64,000 nucleotides of DNA, from the NCBI GenBank assembly GCA_021847575.1, contig JAJZQO010000002.1, positions 22,829 to 86,828 on the forward strand. Direction: 5' to 3'. Below, in pieces: positions 59,309 through 64,000 of the stretch. This DNA comes from Bacillota bacterium (GTDB taxonomy: Bacteria; Bacillota; Sulfobacillia; JAJZYS01; JAJYTV01). A model generated the notes under the pieces. The model saw nothing but the letters and a program-made list of their open reading frames with translations. It made no database searches and was not told the origin of the DNA. The translations under genes were made by a program, and so were the position numbers. How positions within the stretch are numbered: position 1 is the stretch's first letter; every line of letters starts with the position of its first letter.

Positions 59309-60357
59309 TCGATCTCCGGAACGGTGCCCGTACCGCTCGTGTCGAATGGTCCGAATGTCGACAGGTCGCGGCGGAAGAACGCGCTTGCCAGCGTATCGCC
59401 CAGGCGTTGCACGACATCGGCCGGAACGCTCCCTTGCCGCCACCAGAGTTCGGACCGCTCGAAGCTGAGCGGCACGAACGCGAGCGAGAACGCGCTGGCG
59501 GCCGCTCCACTCGCAACGCCGAGGTCGGCCGCCCCCTGCGCCACCGCATCCGCAACCTCCCAGTGACCCGCGAGCAGGCGGTCGTAACCCGCGATCTGTC
59601 CTGGCTCCACCCCCTCGCGGGCAAGCATGGTGTCAAGCAGGCGGCGGGCGCCAGCCCCCGGTTCACGGTTCACCACCCTGAGCCCGGGAGTGGCGAGATC
59701 GGGCCTGCCCGCACCCTGGCGCAGCACAAAACCCATCTGCCAACTCGAGAGCACGATCCGCGCCACGCCTGGCGGCGCCGGCGGGGCTTCGTCGTCCTGC
59801 GTCCAGTGCACGGCGGCGAAGTGCGTGCGTCCCTGCGCCAGATCGTCAAGGGCCGCGCCGCTGCCCGCCGTGAACCAGTACGCCCGCATACCCTGCTGCT
59901 GGAGATGTCCCTCCAAGAGGCCCAGCGCCGGATCGCAGCCCGTGAGGAAGAGCGTGTCCGGGCGTGGTGCTGCGAAGCGGCGGAACGAGACCTGTCCCTG
60001 CGCGTCCCGCTCGGCGAGCCCGTCGGCCGCGGCCCCCGGCCAGCGGTAGGCGCCCAGTCGGGCTGCGGGGCGGAGCACCTCGCGGTCGCCGACGATGGCG
60101 GCCAGAACCCGCGTCGTGAGGCCCGGAGGCAGGAGTTCCGCGTCGGGCCCGATGTCTGGGTCCAGCGAGAACAGGTCGCCCAGCGGCACGCCGAGCACCT
60201 TGGCAAGGCGCAGGCCCACCTCGATGCTCGGTCCGCTGTCCCCCGCCTCGACCGATCCGATCGTCTGGCGCGTCAGCCCGGCCATTTGCGCCAGTGCCTG
60301 CTGAGTCAGACCGCGCATGAGGCGAATCTCGCGAAGGCGGCTGCGCACGCCTGCCAT
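59290..60357 (-). CDS. XRE-family HTH transcriptional regulator fused to a periplasmic-binding-protein-like (molybdate/tungstate-type) sensor domain
   Basis: N-terminal LREIRLMRGLTQQALAQMAGLTRQTIGSVEAG is an HTH_XRE fold. C-terminal ~250 aa has PBP type-2-like alternating beta-alpha. AGGAGG RBS at 60357. Confidence 0.6.
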   Translation of the reverse strand: MAGVRSRLREIRLMRGLTQQALAQMAGLTRQTIGSVEAGDSGPSIEVGLRLAKVLGVPLGDLFSLDPDIGPDAELLPPGLTTRVLAAIVGDREVLRPAARLGAYRWPGAAADGLAERDAQGQVSFRRFAAPRPDTLFLTGCDPALGLLEGHLQQQGMRAYWFTAGSGAALDDLAQGRTHFAAVHWTQDDEAPPAPPGVARIVLSSWQMGFVLRQGAGRPDLATPGLRVVNREPGAGARRLLDTMLAREGVEPGQIAGYDRLLAGHWEVADAVAQGAADLGVASGAAASAFSLAFVPLSFERSELWWRQGSVPADVVQRLGDTLASAFFRRDLSTFGPFDTSGTGTVPEIDQRGKG

Positions 60358-60468
60358 GGCACACCTCCTGCCAAGTGCTCGCAATGTCAGGTCCATTATA
60401 CGTCAACGTAAACTTTGCTTGTCATTTGCAGCAACGCTCATGTATGGTAAGGGCATCTTCGGCGGGAG

Positions 60469-61446
60469 GTGCCCTGCTTGCGAATCCGCGTCCTCATTTT
60501 GGCACTCGCCGCAGTGACATCGGTCAGCCTTGCGGCCTGCGGCCCGACAGCCGTGAAATCGGCCGGGCAACGGCGCTCGGCGGTATCGGTCGCCTACGCC
60601 GGTTCGCTCGCGTACATGAACGACCAAGTTCTCGGTCCCGCCTTCACGAAGGCCACCGGCATCGCCTACGAGGGACGCGGCAGCGGCGCCTGGGCCTTGG
60701 CCCATGAGCTGCAGAGCGGCATCGTACAGGCGGACGTGTTCGAAAGTCTCGGTTTCGGTCCGGTCGCCGCGGTCGGGACGGGGAAGGCGAACTGGGCCAT
60801 CGGTTTCGCCACGAGCCCGCTGGTCGTGGCCTATAACCCGAAAAGCCGCTACGCCGCCAAGTTCGAGGCGATCGCCAAAGGTCTGGAACCCGTGCGGGAT
60901 CTTTTCACCTTGCTGGCTACACCTGGACTTCGGCTCGGCCGCACGAACCCCGCCACCGACCCGCAGGGCCAGACCTTCTACCTGATGGTCGAACTCGCGC
61001 AGCGCATCTACCACCTCCCGCCGGATACAACGCAGCGCATCCTGGGCGCCTGGAACAATCCCAGCGAAGTCTTCTCGGAAGAGGGGCTGCCCACACAGCT
61101 CGAGGCCGGTGGGCTCGACGCCGCGTCCGCCTTTCTGCCCCAGGCCAAGCAGCATGGTCTGAGCTACATCGTCCTGCCCGCGGTGCTCGATTTTGCAGAC
61201 CCGGCCGAATTGCCACTCTACGCTTCGGCCGCAATGACGATACCGTCCGTTGGCACGGTGCACGGTCAGCTCTCGATGCTCGCCCTGACGGTCTTGAAGG
61301 GCCGCAACGCCGCATCCGGCGTTTCTTTTGCACGCTTCGTGCTCGCCCGGGCCCAGGCGCATCTCTGGCGGAGCCAGGGCTATGAGCTGATCCGGCCGCT
61401 TGCCTGGGGCCTGACGAAAGATATGCCGAAGGGGCTGCCCCGCTAG
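60469..61446 (+). CDS. Extracellular solute-binding lipoprotein (tungstate/molybdate/sulfate-type PBP), orphan
   Basis: 325 aa. Signal peptide with the lipobox LAAC. PBP type-2 fold resembling TupA/WtpA-like binders. No adjacent permease or ATPase. Confidence 0.55.
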   Translation: MPCLRIRVLILALAAVTSVSLAACGPTAVKSAGQRRSAVSVAYAGSLAYMNDQVLGPAFTKATGIAYEGRGSGAWALAHELQSGIVQADVFESLGFGPVAAVGTGKANWAIGFATSPLVVAYNPKSRYAAKFEAIAKGLEPVRDLFTLLATPGLRLGRTNPATDPQGQTFYLMVELAQRIYHLPPDTTQRILGAWNNPSEVFSEEGLPTQLEAGGLDAASAFLPQAKQHGLSYIVLPAVLDFADPAELPLYASAAMTIPSVGTVHGQLSMLALTVLKGRNAASGVSFARFVLARAQAHLWRSQGYELIRPLAWGLTKDMPKGLPR

Positions 61447-61463
61447 GCAACCCCTTCGCCGCA

Positions 61464-61784
61464 TCAGCGCTGCTTCAGCTTGACCGCCGTGCCGTAGGCG
61501 ACGACTTCGGTCATCGTCTGGCCCAGTTCCGACGAATCGAAGCGCATCCCGACCACCGCGTCGGCATTCAGCTTGCCGGCGTTCTCCAGCATGCGGTCGA
61601 CCGCCTGGCGCCGCGTGTCCTCCAGGAGCCGCGTGTACTCATGGATCTCGCCGCCACCCAGACTGCGCAGGCTCGCGAGCAGATTGCCGCCCAGGCCCTG
61701 GGAGCGCACCACGACACCGAACACGGTCCCGAGCGTCTCATCGATCTCATGCCTGCCAACATCGAACGACGTCGTCACCAGCAC
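61464..61784 (-). CDS. YbjQ/UPF0145 family protein (heavy-metal-binding domain)
   Basis: 106 aa, typical YbjQ pattern (VTTSFDVGRHEI...VVGMRFDS...AYGTAV). Confidence 0.7.
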   Translation of the reverse strand: MLVTTSFDVGRHEIDETLGTVFGVVVRSQGLGGNLLASLRSLGGGEIHEYTRLLEDTRRQAVDRMLENAGKLNADAVVGMRFDSSELGQTMTEVVAYGTAVKLKQR

Positions 61785-61819
61785 TGGCTAGAACCCCCGA
61801 TCAGAACTGTGCTTCGTGG

Positions 61820-62765
61820 TCAGACGCTGCTGCGGGTGCAGGTGGCGCGCACCGCACTGTCGACTGCGAGTCCCACCTCACCGAAGCCGAGAGCGATCAG
61901 TCCCTGCTTGCCGGCATACGTCGCGATGTCGCCCGCCGCGAAGACGCCGTCGACACCCGTGCGCATGCCCCAGTCGACCTCGATCTGCCCTTCCCGGATG
62001 GCAAGACCCCAGTTTCTGATCGGACCGAGATCGGTCGAGAAGCCGATGCAGATCAAAATCTCATCGACCGCGATGCGCTCCAGGCTGTCGGCCCCGACCG
62101 GTCCGATCACGGCTGCCTGGACCTGTCTCTCGCCCTCGATCTCGCGCAGCTCCCACGGCTGACCGTACCTGACGGCGGAATTCTGCATGCGCCCAACCGA
62201 CTCCTCGTGCGCCTGCCATTTGGGCAGGTTGTGCACCAAGGGGACTTGAGCCAGCGGTGCCAACGTGTTGGCCCAGTCCAGGGCGGAGTCGCCACCGCCA
62301 ACGATCAGGACACGTCGGCCGACGTAGCGCCGGATGCCCGCGACGTGGTAAGCGACGCCGCACCCGCAGAACTCCGCCTCGCCGCTTACGCCGAGCTTGC
62401 GCGGGCGGAAGGCGGCGGGGCCAGCCGCGATCACGACCGTACGCGCCAGGCTCTCGCCGGCGGTCGTACCAAGCCAGAACACCTATCTTCCCGCTCGAGC
62501 GAGAGCCCTGCTCGCCGAGGCAGAGCGACTGGCCGTCCTTGAGGCACTGCGCCTCGAGGCGGGCAATGAGCTCCCGGCCCTTGACGCGCGGCATGCCGCC
62601 GATGTCGACGATCTCCTTGTCGGGGTAAAGCGATGTGACCTGTCCACCCAGTCCCGGCATGCTGTCGAACAGCCGCGCCGAGACCTGCCGCATGTTCGCG
62701 TGGTAGAGGCCGAAGAGACCGCAGGGCCCGCCGCCTATGATCGCGAGCTCATCTACGGACGACAA
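61820..62765 (-). pseudogene. Ferredoxin-NADP+ reductase type 2 / thioredoxin-reductase-like flavoprotein (YumC-like), interrupted by a frameshift near 62470
   Basis: N-terminal frame: MSSVDELAIIGGGPCGLF...DGQSLCLGEQ, with a TTG start after GGGGGAG. C-terminal frame: VFWLGTTAGESLARTVVIAAG...VLIVGGGDSALDW...AAGD. The two frames join colinearly with YumC-type proteins if 1 nt is restored. Confidence 0.55.
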
Positions 62766-62933
62766 GAGACTCCCCCAGGTGGTCGTGCTGTCTTCCTCGT
62801 AGGCCTGGATAGGCCACATGATCCACCATGTCATCGTCCACTTGGACCACCGATGTGACCGGATGATCTTGTCAGCCAGGCAGTTCCAGGTTGTTATTGA
62901 GGTAGCCGACACCGGGAGGGGAGCTGAGAAGAG

Positions 62934-64000
62934 TTGGAGTCATTCCGCTACATCCTGGTCGGCGGCGGCATGGCCACCGCCGCCGCGGCCGAGGGCATCC
63001 GCCGACACGACCAATATGGCAGCATCGGCCTCTTCAGCCAGGACCGCTACCCGCCCTACAGCCGACCTCCGCTGTCAAAGGGCCTCTGGCAGGGCAAACG
63101 GATGGAGACCATCTGGCGCTATCCCGACCCGGCCGCCCTCGGCATCCGCGAACACCTCGGGCAGGGTGTGGCCGACATCGCGCCGGCCGCCCATCGCATC
63201 CGCCTGCAGGACGGCCGAACATTCGGATACGACAAGCTTCTGATCGCAACAGGCGGCGCTCCGCGGCGCCTGCCGGGCGATCCCCAAGGGGTCCACTACC
63301 TGCGCACTCTCGACGATTACCTTGGCATCTACCGTGCAGCCAGGCAGCAGAGCTTCCTGATCGTCGGTGGCGGCTTCATCGGCGCGGAACTCGCGTGCGC
63401 CCTGATCCGGCAGCAGAAAGACGTGCGCATGGTCTTCCCCGCGCCGACGATCCTGGCGAGGATCCTGCCGCAGGATCTGGCGCAATCCGTCAGCGCCTAC
63501 TACGCCGCCCAGGGCGTGCAACTCTCCCCGCTGACCTCGGTGCACGAGGTGCGGCGAGAAGGCGACAGGATGTTGGTCGCGCCGAGCGGCGGCGAACCGA
63601 TCGAGATCGACGCCGTCATAGCTGGTCTCGGCATCAGGCCGTCGACGACGCTCGCGGAGGAAGCCGGGCTGCAGGTACAGGACGGCATCGTCGTGGACCA
63701 GTACGGCCGGACCAGCGACCCCGACATCTACGCGGCGGGCGACGTGGCGCGTTTCCCCCTACCTGCGCTCGGCAGGAGCGTCAGGGTGGAACACGAGGAC
63801 AACGCGATCAGTCGCGGCCGCATCGCCGGCAGGAACATGGCCGGCGCCGGCGAGGCCGCGACGGACGCTCCCTTCTTCTACTCGGACCTTTTCGACCTGG
63901 GTTTCGAGGCCGTAGGCGATCTCGACGCGGGGCTCGCCACCTTCGCGGACTGGGCGGAGCCATATCGCAAGGGCGTTGTGTACTACCTTGCCGACGGCAA
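62934..64000 (+). CDS. FAD-dependent pyridine nucleotide-disulfide oxidoreductase (ferredoxin/rubredoxin reductase or AIF-like), 3'-truncated by the window end
   Basis: Not in the supplied ORF track (non-ATG start, no stop inside the window). Manual translation gives ESFRYILVGGGMATAAAAEGIR...LLIATGGAPRRLP...FLIVGGGFIGAELA...YAAGDVARFP, i.e. two Rossmann motifs. TTG start after GGGAGGGGAG. Confidence 0.65.
   Translation, partial: MESFRYILVGGGMATAAAAEGIRRHDQYGSIGLFSQDRYPPYSRPPLSKGLWQGKRMETIWRYPDPAALGIREHLGQGVADIAPAAHRIRLQDGRTFGYDKLLIATGGAPRRLPGDPQGVHYLRTLDDYLGIYRAARQQSFLIVGGGFIGAELACALIRQQKDVRMVFPAPTILARILPQDLAQSVSAYYAAQGVQLSPLTSVHEVRREGDRMLVAPSGGEPIEIDAVIAGLGIRPSTTLAEEAGLQVQDGIVVDQYGRTSDPDIYAAGDVARFPLPALGRSVRVEHEDNAISRGRIAGRNMAGAGEAATDAPFFYSDLFDLGFEAVGDLDAGLATFADWAEPYRKGVVYYLADG

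Overview
This is a high-GC (~70%) chromosomal window from a Gram-positive-type bacterium, apparently a high-GC Firmicute-like lineage. It is densely packed with housekeeping genes, mostly on the minus strand. No CRISPR array, IS element, transposase or integrase was recognised.

Genes identified, in order:
- Fe-S cluster assembly: sufS (5' part only), sufD, sufC.
- A tdh-kbl threonine catabolism pair, then hemQ.
- A degraded SDR39U1/YfcH-type epimerase pseudogene.
- An alcohol/aldehyde catabolic operon (adh, SCP2, aldh, HAD) with an upstream protein that fuses an unknown domain to a class II aldolase domain.
- MBL hydrolase and dtd, then a stand-alone radical SAM/SPASM enzyme convergent with a DUF488 gene that lies directly downstream of rel.
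- The conserved rel, apt, recJ block, a CDF transporter and secDF.
- An unusual selB, PP2C phosphatase, P-loop, HD operon next to a divergently transcribed tRNA-Pro(CGG) with a consensus promoter.
- NUDIX, two TrkA/RCK genes, a GltS-like FMN protein, SPFH, DUF169, a penicillin-acylase-family Ntn hydrolase, a small membrane protein and cydAB.
- erpA, a SAM methyltransferase, dapB, SCP2, acyl-CoA dehydrogenase, meaB and a methylmalonyl-CoA mutase B12-binding subunit, preceded by a truncated and frameshifted remnant of the mutase catalytic subunit.
- Phosphomannomutase, then an M-box (Mg2+) riboswitch with a promoter and an intrinsic terminator, driving an NRAMP-family transporter and a 66-aa ORF.
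- A LysR regulator with a T-N11-A box, divergent from an MFS transporter.
- A respiratory-cofactor cluster: membrane protein, menG/ubiE, hemA, hemC, hemD (with an N-terminal extension), hemB, ispH.
- A lipoprotein, an XRE-HTH regulator with a binding-protein-like domain, an orphan solute-binding lipoprotein and a YbjQ-family protein.
- A frameshifted ferredoxin-NADP reductase/TrxB-like gene and a 3'-truncated FAD-dependent oxidoreductase.

The points most worth follow-up are the stand-alone rSAM/SPASM gene inserted into the rel-dtd synteny, the selB-PP2C-P-loop-HD operon, the M-box-NRAMP unit, and the mutase remnant beside an intact split B12 subunit.
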